This document shows positions 28,039 through 38,119 of a stretch of DNA of 64,000 nucleotides, piece after piece. The stretch comes from Candidatus Babeliales bacterium (GTDB lineage: Bacteria > Babelota > Babeliae > Babelales > JACPOV01): assembly GCA_050250855.1 (NCBI GenBank), contig JBFWNW010000002.1, positions 128,001 through 192,000 of the forward strand, read 5' to 3'. The position numbers were made by a program, and so were the translations under genes. The notes under the pieces were generated by a model, which ran no database searches, had not been told where the DNA came from, and worked only from the letters and a program-made list of their open reading frames with translations. Numbering within the stretch: position 1 is the stretch's first letter; each line of letters starts with the position of its first letter.

Positions 28039-29505
28039 ATGGTTGTGAGAAAATATGTAATGTTATTTATTTTTTGCGCAAGTCCATTAAGTGCCGCAGT
28101 GCCGGTATGCAACGTGCCGCAACAGTATCAACAAGAAAGAAAAGGGCCACTGGGGCAACAGTTGCTGAATGCTGCAAAAAAAAATACGCCAACATTATTC
28201 AGATCATTATTAATGCAGGCAGTAAAAACGTATAAGGGTAATAAAGAAGAATTTTTTAATGTTATAAATATGCGTGATGAAGATAGCTTTAACATTATCC
28301 TTTACGCATCATTAATTAATGATCTTGAAAATTTAGCAATCATATTTGATGCGCTTGAAGAATTTTATAAAAATGATCCAGAGGGAGCCTTTGAATATCT
28401 TATAACGCGTGATAAGCGAGGACTTTCTGTTTTAGGTCTTGCAGAATACGGTGCAGATCAGCGTATTGTTGAACTTATTTTAATGCGTGCGATGAATCTT
28501 ATTGGGAGCAATAAAAAACTTTTTTTTAAATTTATCACTGCTGCTGACCATGAAGGAAATAGGCCGCTCGGTGATGCTGTTTTTGATGCAGAATTTAGAA
28601 ATGTTGAAATGATGGTAAAGGTAGCAGCACATATTTTAGGTAAAGATTCACCAGAATTTAAAGAGTTTTTGAATGTTGAAGAATCATCGGGAAATAATGC
28701 TTTATCCTATGCACATAATATTCGCATTAAACTTTTTTTAGAAAAGTATGGAGCAGAAATGCCGGTCAGTAAAACACGATTAAAAGCTGCAAATGTGCAA
28801 GCAGAAAAATATGGCCTAGCATTAAATGAAGCAAGTAATCATTATGATTTTAAAAAATTTAAAGAATTGCTCAGCAAGGCGAAAGATTTTAAAGAAGATG
28901 ATTATGCAGCGTTTACTTACTTTTCTGCACGCAATGGCGCAGGATGGAATCCTTTTATTAATACCGCAGCAGATGGCCAATATAAATATCTTAAAGCGTT
29001 ACTCAAAACAGTAGATTCTATTTTTGACAAAGAAGATAAAGAAACAAAATCGCTTCTTTTGAGTAATGCTGATTTTGAAGGAAGAACGCCTTTGCATTTG
29101 GCAATTTTAAGAAGACACTGGCATGTAGGGCATTTGCTCATTGACACGGTTACTCGTTATGCCATTAATAAGCCATTTTTATATGCTGTGTTGAGTGTGG
29201 CAAATGAACTGAATGGCTTCACGCCCTTTATTAATGCTATTTATGCAAGTGGTCAGTTTGATGATGATGTATATGATTTTATTAAATTTTTTATTGAACG
29301 AGCAGAAAATCTTTTTGGCAGGGATTCGCGTATGTTTTATCTTTTTTTAAATACGCGCGATTATAATGGCTGGAATCCCCTTTCCTACGCTTCTGATGAT
29401 CAACTTAAAAAATTATTAAAATCTTATGGTGCTATTGATACACCAATGCCTCGCTACAAAGGAGTTGGCAAATTTAAAAAACTTGAGCTAGAAGGTGATA
29501 TGTAA
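28039..29505 (+). CDS. Exported ankyrin-repeat protein
   Basis: DFEGRTPLHLA, DHEGNRPLGDA, NGFTPFINA, NGWNPLSYA; signal peptide ending PLSA|A. Confidence 0.8.
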   Translation: MVVRKYVMLFIFCASPLSAAVPVCNVPQQYQQERKGPLGQQLLNAAKKNTPTLFRSLLMQAVKTYKGNKEEFFNVINMRDEDSFNIILYASLINDLENLAIIFDALEEFYKNDPEGAFEYLITRDKRGLSVLGLAEYGADQRIVELILMRAMNLIGSNKKLFFKFITAADHEGNRPLGDAVFDAEFRNVEMMVKVAAHILGKDSPEFKEFLNVEESSGNNALSYAHNIRIKLFLEKYGAEMPVSKTRLKAANVQAEKYGLALNEASNHYDFKKFKELLSKAKDFKEDDYAAFTYFSARNGAGWNPFINTAADGQYKYLKALLKTVDSIFDKEDKETKSLLLSNADFEGRTPLHLAILRRHWHVGHLLIDTVTRYAINKPFLYAVLSVANELNGFTPFINAIYASGQFDDDVYDFIKFFIERAENLFGRDSRMFYLFLNTRDYNGWNPLSYASDDQLKKLLKSYGAIDTPMPRYKGVGKFKKLELEGDM

Positions 29506-29513
29506 TAGTTGCT

Positions 29514-32171
29514 ATGAATGGTTTTTATAAAAAATCTCTTGAAGAAATTTTTGATCGTTTTGCAACAAATCCCGAGAAAGGGCTTTCAGGAAAGCAGGTT
29601 ACTGAATATCAAAAAAAATATGGGCCTAATCTTATTGCACAGGCTTTGCCAGAATCACTTTTCATTCTTTTTTTACGCCAATTTCAGAGTCCTTTAATTT
29701 ATATTTTGCTTATTGCGGCGTTGCTTATCTTTTTAGTGGGTCAATCGTTTGATGCGTTTGTTATTAGTGGTGTTCTTTTTTTTAATGCCATTGTAGGAGC
29801 TATTCAAGAAGGAAGAGCAAAGAAAATTCTTGAGCGCTTGCGCACCTATTTAGTGTCAAATGTTGTGGTACTGCGTGATGGTGATCGTATTATTGTGCCA
29901 GCTGGAGAGCTTGTTCCTGGGGATATTATTATTGTGCAAGAAGGAGAAAAAATTCCTGCAGATGCTCGGTTGCTTGAAGCGCATAATATATTGGTTGATG
30001 AAGCAATGCTCACTGGAGAATCAAAAAGTATTGAAAAGCAGCCAGGTGTTTTGACTAATAATGTACTTATTTCTGATCAAACTAATATGCTTTTTAAAGG
30101 TACGTATGTATTTTCAGGTTTTGCAAAAGCAGTTGTTGTAGCAACGGGTCAAGATACAGAAATTGGTCGCATTGGCCGGGTATTGCAAACGCTTGAAAGT
30201 GAGATGCCACTCAAAAAAGAAATTGATACCCTTTCTCAGTATATTTTATATTTCATTATTGGCATGTGCTTTTTTTTATTACTCGTTGGTTTATGGCAAG
30301 AGCGTACCTTTGCAGATATGCTTGTTATGCTGACAGCACTTTTTATTTGTGTTATTCCAGAAGGTCTTCCTGTTATTATGACTATTACGCTTGTTGCAGG
30401 AGCGTATCGTATGGCGCAAAGCAATGTATTAGTAAAACGATTGCAAGCAGCAGAAGGCTTAGGCAGAGTTGATATTATTTTAGTAGATAAAACAGGAACG
30501 CTGACAAGAAATGAAATGGTGGTGAGTAAAATTTTTTGCCAAGATGCTCTCTTTACCGTTACCGGAAAAGGATATTCGCCACATGGAACTCTTGAATATA
30601 ATGGCAAGCCGGTAGAGAAGGTGCCAGAAGCAGCTCGCTTAATGGCTCTTGGTGCAGCGTTGCTTAATGAATCAGAAGTAGAATATAAATCTCACCTTTC
30701 GCAATTTGTTATAAAAGGTGATCCAACGCAAGCAGCACTTTCTATTTTTGCTCAAAAATTAGGATTCAATTCTCTTGCGCTGCATAAAGAATATCGAGTT
30801 CTTTATGAATTGCCATTTCAGTCAAAAGAGCGTTACCAAGCGGGTATTTTTGAAAAAAATGGTGAAATATTAGTATATATTGCAGGAGCTCCTGAAGTTA
30901 TTATGCAAAAAACTATTAACAATACACCGCAAGCATCAGAGGCTTTATTTGCAATGCTCAAAGAAGGTTTTCGTGTTGTTGCTTTTGCCTACAAAAAATA
31001 TATGAGCAATGAACTTCCTGAAGATTGGCGCAAAAATCCCGCAAAATTATTTAATGATAATCTCTTATTAGGAGGCTTTTTCGCTATTCAAGATGCCATT
31101 AGAGATCAGGTAAAAGAGAGCGTTATCAATGCGCAAAAAGCGGGAATAAAGGTAGTTATGGTAACGGGTGATCATAAACAAACGGCATTGTTTGTTGCTC
31201 GTACGGTAGGTATTTTTAAAGAGGGAGATGCTGTTCTAGAAGGTAAAGAATTAGAAAATATGACCGATGAAGAATTATTAGCATTATTACCAAAAGTAAC
31301 CGTCTTTGCTCGTGTTATTCCAGAACAAAAATTACGCATTGTGCAGCTGTTGCATAAAAAAGGATATCTTGTTGCCATGACCGGTGATGGTGTTAATGAT
31401 GCGCCATCGTTAGTAGCTGCAGACCTTGGTATTGGCATGGGATTAATTGGTACAGAAGTTGCAAAAGAAGCGTCAGATATAATTTTGCTTGATGATTCAT
31501 TTGCAAGTATTGTTCTTGCTATCAAGCAAGGACGGCATATTTTTGCAACGCTACGGCGTGTAGTAAGTTATTTTTTTACAACCAATATGGCAGAAATTCT
31601 TATTGTTTTTTTTGCACTTATTTTTAATCTTCCACTTCCGCTTTTGGCAGTGCAGATACTATGGCTTAATTTAATTACTGACGGTTTTTTTGATGTTGCT
31701 TTGGCATTAGAACCTGAGCATGAACAATCGAGTATGATGAGTGAAACTCCTGCCAAGCTTGAATATCTTGTTGATTGGAAAGTTTTTTTTAAAATGCTGT
31801 ATCTTTCTATTCCTATGGCACTCGGTTCTCTTACTATTTTTTATTATTATCAAGATAATCTTGCTCTTGCACGAACAATGACCTTAGTTGCTATGGCGCT
31901 GTATCAGTGGTTTAATGCATGGAATTCGCGCTCTGAAAAATATTCTGTTATCACGCTAGGTTTTTTTTCAAATAAATGGCTTATTCTTGCAACATTTTTT
32001 GTATTTGCTTTACAATGCATTCTTTTATACGAGCCGCATGCGCGTATGCTTTTTAAAACAGTACCACTTTCTTTTGAGCAATGGTTGCTACTTTTTGCTT
32101 GCAGTGCACCATTATTTATCCTTGAAGAACTACGAAAAATGGTCGCAAATCTTATCTTTGAGAAAAAATAG
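29514..32171 (+). CDS. Cation-transporting P-type ATPase (P2A, Ca2+-like)
   Basis: DEAMLTGES, IPEGLP, DKTGTLT, VTGDH, MTGDGVNDAP, QILWLNLITD. Confidence 0.93.
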   Translation: MNGFYKKSLEEIFDRFATNPEKGLSGKQVTEYQKKYGPNLIAQALPESLFILFLRQFQSPLIYILLIAALLIFLVGQSFDAFVISGVLFFNAIVGAIQEGRAKKILERLRTYLVSNVVVLRDGDRIIVPAGELVPGDIIIVQEGEKIPADARLLEAHNILVDEAMLTGESKSIEKQPGVLTNNVLISDQTNMLFKGTYVFSGFAKAVVVATGQDTEIGRIGRVLQTLESEMPLKKEIDTLSQYILYFIIGMCFFLLLVGLWQERTFADMLVMLTALFICVIPEGLPVIMTITLVAGAYRMAQSNVLVKRLQAAEGLGRVDIILVDKTGTLTRNEMVVSKIFCQDALFTVTGKGYSPHGTLEYNGKPVEKVPEAARLMALGAALLNESEVEYKSHLSQFVIKGDPTQAALSIFAQKLGFNSLALHKEYRVLYELPFQSKERYQAGIFEKNGEILVYIAGAPEVIMQKTINNTPQASEALFAMLKEGFRVVAFAYKKYMSNELPEDWRKNPAKLFNDNLLLGGFFAIQDAIRDQVKESVINAQKAGIKVVMVTGDHKQTALFVARTVGIFKEGDAVLEGKELENMTDEELLALLPKVTVFARVIPEQKLRIVQLLHKKGYLVAMTGDGVNDAPSLVAADLGIGMGLIGTEVAKEASDIILLDDSFASIVLAIKQGRHIFATLRRVVSYFFTTNMAEILIVFFALIFNLPLPLLAVQILWLNLITDGFFDVALALEPEHEQSSMMSETPAKLEYLVDWKVFFKMLYLSIPMALGSLTIFYYYQDNLALARTMTLVAMALYQWFNAWNSRSEKYSVITLGFFSNKWLILATFFVFALQCILLYEPHARMLFKTVPLSFEQWLLLFACSAPLFILEELRKMVANLIFEKK

Positions 32172-32251
32172 ATTTGACGAATATAAATAATGTAGTAGGC
32201 TAAAAAAAGTTGTAAGAAGGCACTTTTTTAGCAATTGCAAAGGATTTATCT

Positions 32252-32878
32252 ATGAATAAAAAAATACACTACAGTTTATTAATGGCAGCATTGGTAAGCA
32301 CATCTTGTTTGGCAGAGCATGCAGTAAAATCTGACATTCCTACAACTATGGAAGAATTAAAATCAGTAATTCATAAAGAAATACAGAATGCAGTTGGCTT
32401 TATTAATCCTTTTGAAATTTTAGAAAAATCTGATGAATATAAAGATGAATTAAAGCGTATAGAAAAAGAACTTGATGCACGCAAAGCGCAGCTCAAATCT
32501 CTTGAAGATACTGCTATGAAGAAAAAGACTGAGCTTGAAACTATGGCAAATGCATTGAGCGAATCTGCTCGTGACCGTAAACGAGAAGAGTTGGTTAATT
32601 TGGAAGCGCAGTACAGAATTAAACTTCAAGGTGCACAAGAATATGCACAAAGCGCAGAAGAAAAAGCACGTATGCGTATTTTGAAGAAAATTCAAGATGA
32701 AGCAGAAGGTCTAGCAAAAGAAGAAGGCCGTATCATGGTCATAGCTGGTGGCGTGATTTATGGTGCACAGCCGATTGACTTGACAAGCAAGGTTACTGAA
32801 CGCTTGAACAAAAAATATAAAGCTGAAAAAGAAAAGAAAAAAGAGCGTGACGAACGTGCTAAAGAAAAAAATAAATAA
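32252..32878 (+). CDS. OmpH/Skp family periplasmic chaperone
   Basis: Signal peptide, VGFINPFEILEKS, long coiled coil, IDLTSKV. Confidence 0.75.
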   Translation: MNKKIHYSLLMAALVSTSCLAEHAVKSDIPTTMEELKSVIHKEIQNAVGFINPFEILEKSDEYKDELKRIEKELDARKAQLKSLEDTAMKKKTELETMANALSESARDRKREELVNLEAQYRIKLQGAQEYAQSAEEKARMRILKKIQDEAEGLAKEEGRIMVIAGGVIYGAQPIDLTSKVTERLNKKYKAEKEKKKERDERAKEKNK

Positions 32879-32905
32879 CATAATGAACTAAACAAGTAAT
32901 TGTTG

Positions 32906-32938
32906 TGCCCGTAAGAAATTCTTACGGGCATTTTTTTT
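32906..32938 (+). terminator. Intrinsic terminator
   Basis: TGCCCGTAAGAA-a-TTCTTACGGGCA followed by T8. Confidence 0.8.
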
Positions 32939-32946
32939 GAAAAACT

Positions 32947-33483
32947 ATGGAAAAAAAAACTGACATTAAAGCAATCATTGGTCTTGGTAACCCTGGACCA
33001 AAATTTACTCATAATCGACACAATATTGGTTTTCTGGTGCTTGATGCATTGGCAGAAAAGCATGGTGGTACTTGGCATACAAAAGATAATTTAGCATATG
33101 CAGAACTACGCGCACCAGAGGGGGTTGTAGTTTTAGTAAAACCACAAACCTTTATGAACAGCTCTGGCAAAGTTATACCTTTTTTACAAAAAAAGGGGAT
33201 AAAGCCTGAAAATATTCTTGTTGTTCATGATGAGCTTGAGCTACCATTTGGCCAACATAAACTCAGACTTGGAGGCAGTGCTAAAGGGCATAATGGCTTG
33301 CGCTCAATTATTGATATGATAGGTAAAGATTTCTGGCGGCTTTCCTGTGGCGTTGGAAGGCCAGAAAACAGGGAAGATGTAGGCAATTACGTACTTTCAG
33401 ATTTTACTGAAGGAGGGGCTCTTTTGGCTTCTTATATAAGTAATGCCTGCAATATTATAGATAGGGAGGCTGGTTTGGGTTAG
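32947..33483 (+). CDS. pth: Peptidyl-tRNA hydrolase
   Basis: IGLGNPG, RHNIGF, KPQTFMNSSG, VVHDEL, GHNGLRSI. Confidence 0.97.
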   Translation: MEKKTDIKAIIGLGNPGPKFTHNRHNIGFLVLDALAEKHGGTWHTKDNLAYAELRAPEGVVVLVKPQTFMNSSGKVIPFLQKKGIKPENILVVHDELELPFGQHKLRLGGSAKGHNGLRSIIDMIGKDFWRLSCGVGRPENREDVGNYVLSDFTEGGALLASYISNACNIIDREAGLG

Positions 33484-33550
33484 GCCCTTTTAATTTTTAT
33501 GATTTAGTGCTATTATTAAATAAGGTAATTTTTTAAATGAAGGAATCTTT

Positions 33551-33955
33551 ATGAACTATAAAATAATAGCAGTCATGAGCTTTTTCATGGCTCAATCAGG
33601 TGTAGTTGCCATGGAAATGCCATCACATATAACAGGGAGAATTGAGCAATGTTATGCCGTTACTTGTAAAAGTAATACCTGTAAAGATAAAATCTCTTCT
33701 TATTCTTCTCTTTTTACGGGAATAGGTTCGCGGCAAACCATTGAAAATATAATATCTCATCACACTAATTTTCATGTGCAAAACGGTGATACTGCATATA
33801 CGAGGGAGTGCATGCAGAGCAAAGAGTTGTCATGGGACTCTCTTATTATGCGCTGTGCATTATGCCAAACAATGCAAGAATCGAATCTTCCCAAGAATTT
33901 ATCCTATGATAACTATGTTGACTCTTTTATAGAAAAGCATCAGCATAATAATTAA
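33551..33955 (+). CDS. Small exported Cys/His-rich hypothetical protein
   Basis: Signal ending VVA|MEM; CKSNTC...HHTNFH and CALC...HQH. Confidence 0.6.
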   Translation: MNYKIIAVMSFFMAQSGVVAMEMPSHITGRIEQCYAVTCKSNTCKDKISSYSSLFTGIGSRQTIENIISHHTNFHVQNGDTAYTRECMQSKELSWDSLIMRCALCQTMQESNLPKNLSYDNYVDSFIEKHQHNN

Positions 33956-33972
33956 GATATTTTTATACAAAC

Positions 33973-36570
33973 TTATACGTTTGTTAACCAATCTTTAATT
34001 TTTTTCTGTAGTTGAGCAATATCCGGCATTGCGCCACCACCTTGCAAGGTGCCTTTTTTACCGCCGCCACGCAAATCAAAAGTTGTTTGTAAAAACTGAG
34101 CAAACTTTTGTAGGTCAACCTGAGGCAATGTTTCTGGCGCCATGGCAAAAAAAGCGCAGCGCTCTTTGTTGCCACCAAGCAAGAAATAAAATCCTGATTT
34201 TTGGTGCATAAGATCAGATGCTGCCATTCTTAATTCATCTACCGTATAATCTTCAAGATTAAAGAATCCAAAAGGTATTTTGCTAACCTGCTCAATTTGA
34301 GCAAGTAATGCTGGTAGTTGAGCTTTCCACGCATCTTTTTTAAGATGTTTTATTTGAGTTTGAAGCTGCTTAATCTGTTCACGTTGTTTTTCAACAGCAT
34401 GAGAAAGCTCAGCCAAAGGAACTTTGTATTCTTGGCATAACTTTTTAGTAAGAGCAAAATCTTCTTGAAAGAGTTCCATCGCTCCACGGCCTGTTAAGGC
34501 AACAATACGGCGCTGGCCAGCAGAAAGCGCTCCCTCTTCTGTTATTTTTAATAAGCCAATATCGCCAGTTCTTCTGACATGAGTACCGCCACAAAGCTCC
34601 ATAGAAAATGGTGCAATATCAATGACGCGTACATTTTCTGGATTATATTTTTCACCAAAAATGGCAATAACGCCTTTTTGAATTGCTTTATCATACGTTG
34701 TTTCATAAATAGAAACAGGAAGGTTTTCACGAATTTTTTGATTTACCAAATTCTCAACTTTTGTAATTTCTTCAGGGGTCATTGCTTTATGATACGTAAA
34801 ATCAAAACGCAAATAATCAGGATGCACTAAAGAACCAGATTGGCGTACTTCTTTGCCAAGAACTTGAATCAGCGCTGATTGCAAAAGATGCGTTGCGGTA
34901 TGATTATTCATTGTATCAAGACGACGTTGATGAGAAACGTGCGCATGAACAGTAGCGCCAATTTTAAGTGCTATTGGTGCTGTAATATGAACAGCTATGC
35001 AATTACCAATACGCTTCAGATCTTTGATGGGTGCTGTATGATTGTCAATAGTAAGAGTACCTTCATCGCTGACCTGGCCACCTTTTTCAACAAAAAAAGG
35101 AGTTTCTTTGGTAATAACCCAACAATCAGTACCAGCTTTAATTGTTTTTGTTAGCGTATTATTTTCAATAAGCGTAATGATAGGACTTTTATTTTCAGTA
35201 ACCTCATAACCAACAAAAGTAGTTGCAAGATCTTCTGGTAGTTCTATTTTTTCAATGGCATCTTTTTCAAGCTTTGCACCAGAGCGTTCTCTTTGGAGCT
35301 CCATCTCTTTATCAAATTCTTGTACATCAACCGTGTATCCTTTTTCATGCGCAATAACGCGCGTAAGTTCCAAAGGAAAACCATAGGTATCATACAGTTT
35401 AAATGCTTGCTCTCCAGAAATTACTGTCCCTTTTGACTCCTTAAAGAATTTTTCTAAAATTGCTTGGCCATGCACAAGATTTGCAGCAAATTTATCAATC
35501 TCTGTTTTGAGAACATGCTTAATTATTTTTTCAGCTGTTTTGAGCTCTGGATAAATAGGGCTCATAAAATCAATGACAGCTTGGGCTAGGTCAGGGAATA
35601 TATTTTTATCAGTTAATTTTTGTGCAAATAATGCACCACGGCGAATAACTTTACGCAGTACATAGCCCCGTCCTTCATTAGAAGGAGTAGCGCCATCAGC
35701 TATTAAGAAGGTGGCCGCGCGCACGTGGTCTGCGATAACATTAAAAGCATTTTTTAATGGTTGCGTAGAATCATAATAAGCAAGGCCTGTTAATGTTTCT
35801 GTTGTTTGAATAATGGGTGCAAAAAGATCCGTTTCAAATACCGATTCTTTTTTTTCTAAGACTAAAGCAAGGCGCTCAAGACCCATGCCAGTATCCACAC
35901 CGGTTTGCTTTAAAGGAAGGTCCGTGCCATCTTCTTGGCGATTGAATTGCATAAATACCAAATTCCATACTTCAAGAAAGCGGTCACAACTGCAACCGGG
36001 GGCGCAGTTTTTTTGGCCGCAACCAATAGAAGGACCACGATCGACGTAGATTTCGGTACAAGGGCCGCATGGACCAGTATCGCCCATCTGCCAAAAATTG
36101 TCTTTATGGCCTAATTTTGAAATCTTTTCTTGAGGGAGGCCAACTTCTTTGTGCCAAATATTATAACTTTCATTATCTTCTTGGAAAACCGTAACGTACA
36201 TATTTTTAGGATCAAGCCCAAAATCTTTAGTCAAGCATTCCCAGGCCCAGGTAATGGCATCCTTTTTAAAATAGTCACCAAATGAGAAATTGCCCATCAT
36301 TTCAAAAAATGTAAGATGGCGATTGGTCATACCAACGTTATCTAAGTCGTTATGTTTACCGCCAGCACGCATACATTTTTGAATAGAAACGGCACGTGTA
36401 TAACTTCTTTTTTCTTGACCAAGAAAAACATCCTTAAATTGGTTCATACCTGCATTGGTAAAGAGTAAGGTTGGGTCTTGGGCAGGAATTAAAGAAGAGC
36501 TGGCAATTTTAGTGTGGCCTCTTTTTTCAAAAAACTTGAAAAATATGCTACGCATTTCCATTGAATTCAT
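33973..36570 (-). CDS. alaS: Alanine-tRNA ligase
   Basis: DPTLLFTNAGMNQFK, GPCGPCTEI, HTATHLL, ELCGGTHV. Confidence 0.97.
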   Translation of the reverse strand: MNSMEMRSIFFKFFEKRGHTKIASSSLIPAQDPTLLFTNAGMNQFKDVFLGQEKRSYTRAVSIQKCMRAGGKHNDLDNVGMTNRHLTFFEMMGNFSFGDYFKKDAITWAWECLTKDFGLDPKNMYVTVFQEDNESYNIWHKEVGLPQEKISKLGHKDNFWQMGDTGPCGPCTEIYVDRGPSIGCGQKNCAPGCSCDRFLEVWNLVFMQFNRQEDGTDLPLKQTGVDTGMGLERLALVLEKKESVFETDLFAPIIQTTETLTGLAYYDSTQPLKNAFNVIADHVRAATFLIADGATPSNEGRGYVLRKVIRRGALFAQKLTDKNIFPDLAQAVIDFMSPIYPELKTAEKIIKHVLKTEIDKFAANLVHGQAILEKFFKESKGTVISGEQAFKLYDTYGFPLELTRVIAHEKGYTVDVQEFDKEMELQRERSGAKLEKDAIEKIELPEDLATTFVGYEVTENKSPIITLIENNTLTKTIKAGTDCWVITKETPFFVEKGGQVSDEGTLTIDNHTAPIKDLKRIGNCIAVHITAPIALKIGATVHAHVSHQRRLDTMNNHTATHLLQSALIQVLGKEVRQSGSLVHPDYLRFDFTYHKAMTPEEITKVENLVNQKIRENLPVSIYETTYDKAIQKGVIAIFGEKYNPENVRVIDIAPFSMELCGGTHVRRTGDIGLLKITEEGALSAGQRRIVALTGRGAMELFQEDFALTKKLCQEYKVPLAELSHAVEKQREQIKQLQTQIKHLKKDAWKAQLPALLAQIEQVSKIPFGFFNLEDYTVDELRMAASDLMHQKSGFYFLLGGNKERCAFFAMAPETLPQVDLQKFAQFLQTTFDLRGGGKKGTLQGGGAMPDIAQLQKKIKDWLTNV

Positions 36571-36645
36571 GATAATTTCTCTTTTAAAAAGGGATTAATT
36601 GTCCCTATTATAGCATAAATTGAACAAAATACATGGAAATTATTT

Positions 36646-38031
36646 TTATAGATAATGCTTAATTTCCCAATCAGTTACCGCGGTTCTATAGGCGGCAGCT
36701 TCTTTTCTTTTTTCTTGTACATAGATTGCTACAAATGATTCGCCAAGAGTTTCTTGTATAAAGCTACTTTGTTCAAACTTATCGATTGCTTCATCAAGGC
36801 TTCCAGGAAGCATTTTAATGCCACGGTTGATTATTTCTTGTGGTGTTAGTTCAAAGAGGTTTTCATGAATCATAGCATCAAGTTTCAGATTTCTTTTAAT
36901 ACCATCAAGACCTGCTTTTAAAAGAAGCGCAAATGCAAGGTAAGGGTTGCAGGAAGGGTCTGGACAGCGAATTTCTGCGCGTGCAGCCTGCGCTTGATCC
37001 GCATTAATTTGTGGAATTCTAATAAGAGCACTTCTGTTTTTAGTGCCACAGCAAATAATATTTGGTGCTTCATAGCCAGGAACAAGGCGTTTATATGAAT
37101 TTACCGTAGGGTTGAATGCAAGTGCCATTGCTTGTGCATGGTGAAGAACTCCCGCTATGAAAGATTGTGCAAGCGGTGATAAATAGTAAGCATTTTGAGC
37201 ATCATAAAATACATTTTCCTGAGTTTGGGCATCAACCAGACTAAAGTGCATATGCAAACCACTGCCATTTTTTCCAAATAGTGGTTTTGGCATAAATGAA
37301 ATAGTTAAATTATTAAGATTTCCTAATCCTTTAAGCACATATTTTGCAAGCGTAACTTTATCTGCCATTGTTAATGCATCATCATATTTTAACACTATTT
37401 CATACTGTCCTGGAGCAACTTCATGATGCATTTTTTCTGGATCAAGACCAAAAGATCTAAATGCATGGAGCATCCCTGTTTGCATGTCGGGTGTACTAAA
37501 ATCAAACATTGCTTCAATATATTGTCCATTATCAAAAGGAACTAATGCGCTACCATCATTTTTTTTGAATATAAAAAATTCTAATTCAGTACCAACATTA
37601 AATATAAAACCAGCTTCACGGGCTTCTTGAGTAACTTTTTGTAAAATAAAACGGGGATCATTAGAATACGGTTCTTCTGCAGATTTATGCATAGTGCACA
37701 TAACTAAGGCAATTTTTCCTTGGTCTCTGCTCCACGGCGTTACGCGTACGGTATCATTATCTGGCATTAATAACATGTCACTTTCAGTTATTCTATTGCA
37801 GCCAGGAATAGAAGAGCCGTCTACAAAAATACCATTTTCTAAATCTTTTTCTAAAAAATTAAAAGGACGAAGAACAGATTTTAATTGCCCCAGAAAATCT
37901 GAAAATATAAATTCTATATATTGTACATTGCGATGGCGAACGATATCGAGCGCCTTTTGAGAATTTTCTTTAGCAGCAAAGGTTGCTTGTACACAATATA
38001 ATGCTAGAAATAATAATTTTTTTTTATTCAT
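36646..38031 (-). CDS. glnA: Type I glutamine synthetase with N-terminal signal peptide
   Basis: DGSSI, GTELEFF, HHEVAPGQYEI, GKNGSGLHMHFS, SYKRLVPGYEAP, NRSALIRIP, EIRCPD; ATG 38031 follows GAGGAG. Confidence 0.88.
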   Translation of the reverse strand: MNKKKLLFLALYCVQATFAAKENSQKALDIVRHRNVQYIEFIFSDFLGQLKSVLRPFNFLEKDLENGIFVDGSSIPGCNRITESDMLLMPDNDTVRVTPWSRDQGKIALVMCTMHKSAEEPYSNDPRFILQKVTQEAREAGFIFNVGTELEFFIFKKNDGSALVPFDNGQYIEAMFDFSTPDMQTGMLHAFRSFGLDPEKMHHEVAPGQYEIVLKYDDALTMADKVTLAKYVLKGLGNLNNLTISFMPKPLFGKNGSGLHMHFSLVDAQTQENVFYDAQNAYYLSPLAQSFIAGVLHHAQAMALAFNPTVNSYKRLVPGYEAPNIICCGTKNRSALIRIPQINADQAQAARAEIRCPDPSCNPYLAFALLLKAGLDGIKRNLKLDAMIHENLFELTPQEIINRGIKMLPGSLDEAIDKFEQSSFIQETLGESFVAIYVQEKRKEAAAYRTAVTDWEIKHYL

Positions 38032-38070
38032 AAAAACTCCTCTAATTCTTAGTGTATATTGTTTCATTGC

Positions 38071-38098
38071 ATTCTAGTATGCCATGAGAATATGTCAA
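38071..38098 (-). promoter_or_regulatory. sigma70-like promoter of glnA
   Basis: TTGACA-N16-TAGAAT on the - strand. Confidence 0.55.
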
Positions 38099-38119
38099 CC
38101 CAAGGAGGAGTGCTATGAT

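Noticed and set aside
21246..29505. Integrative island or prophage at ssrA
   Set aside because: No integrase, no phage genes, and no duplicated ssrA 3' end (att) noticed by eye.
38032..38067. Longer glnA start at 38067
   Set aside because: It lies at or upstream of the predicted transcription start and lacks an SD; 38031 has GAGGAG.
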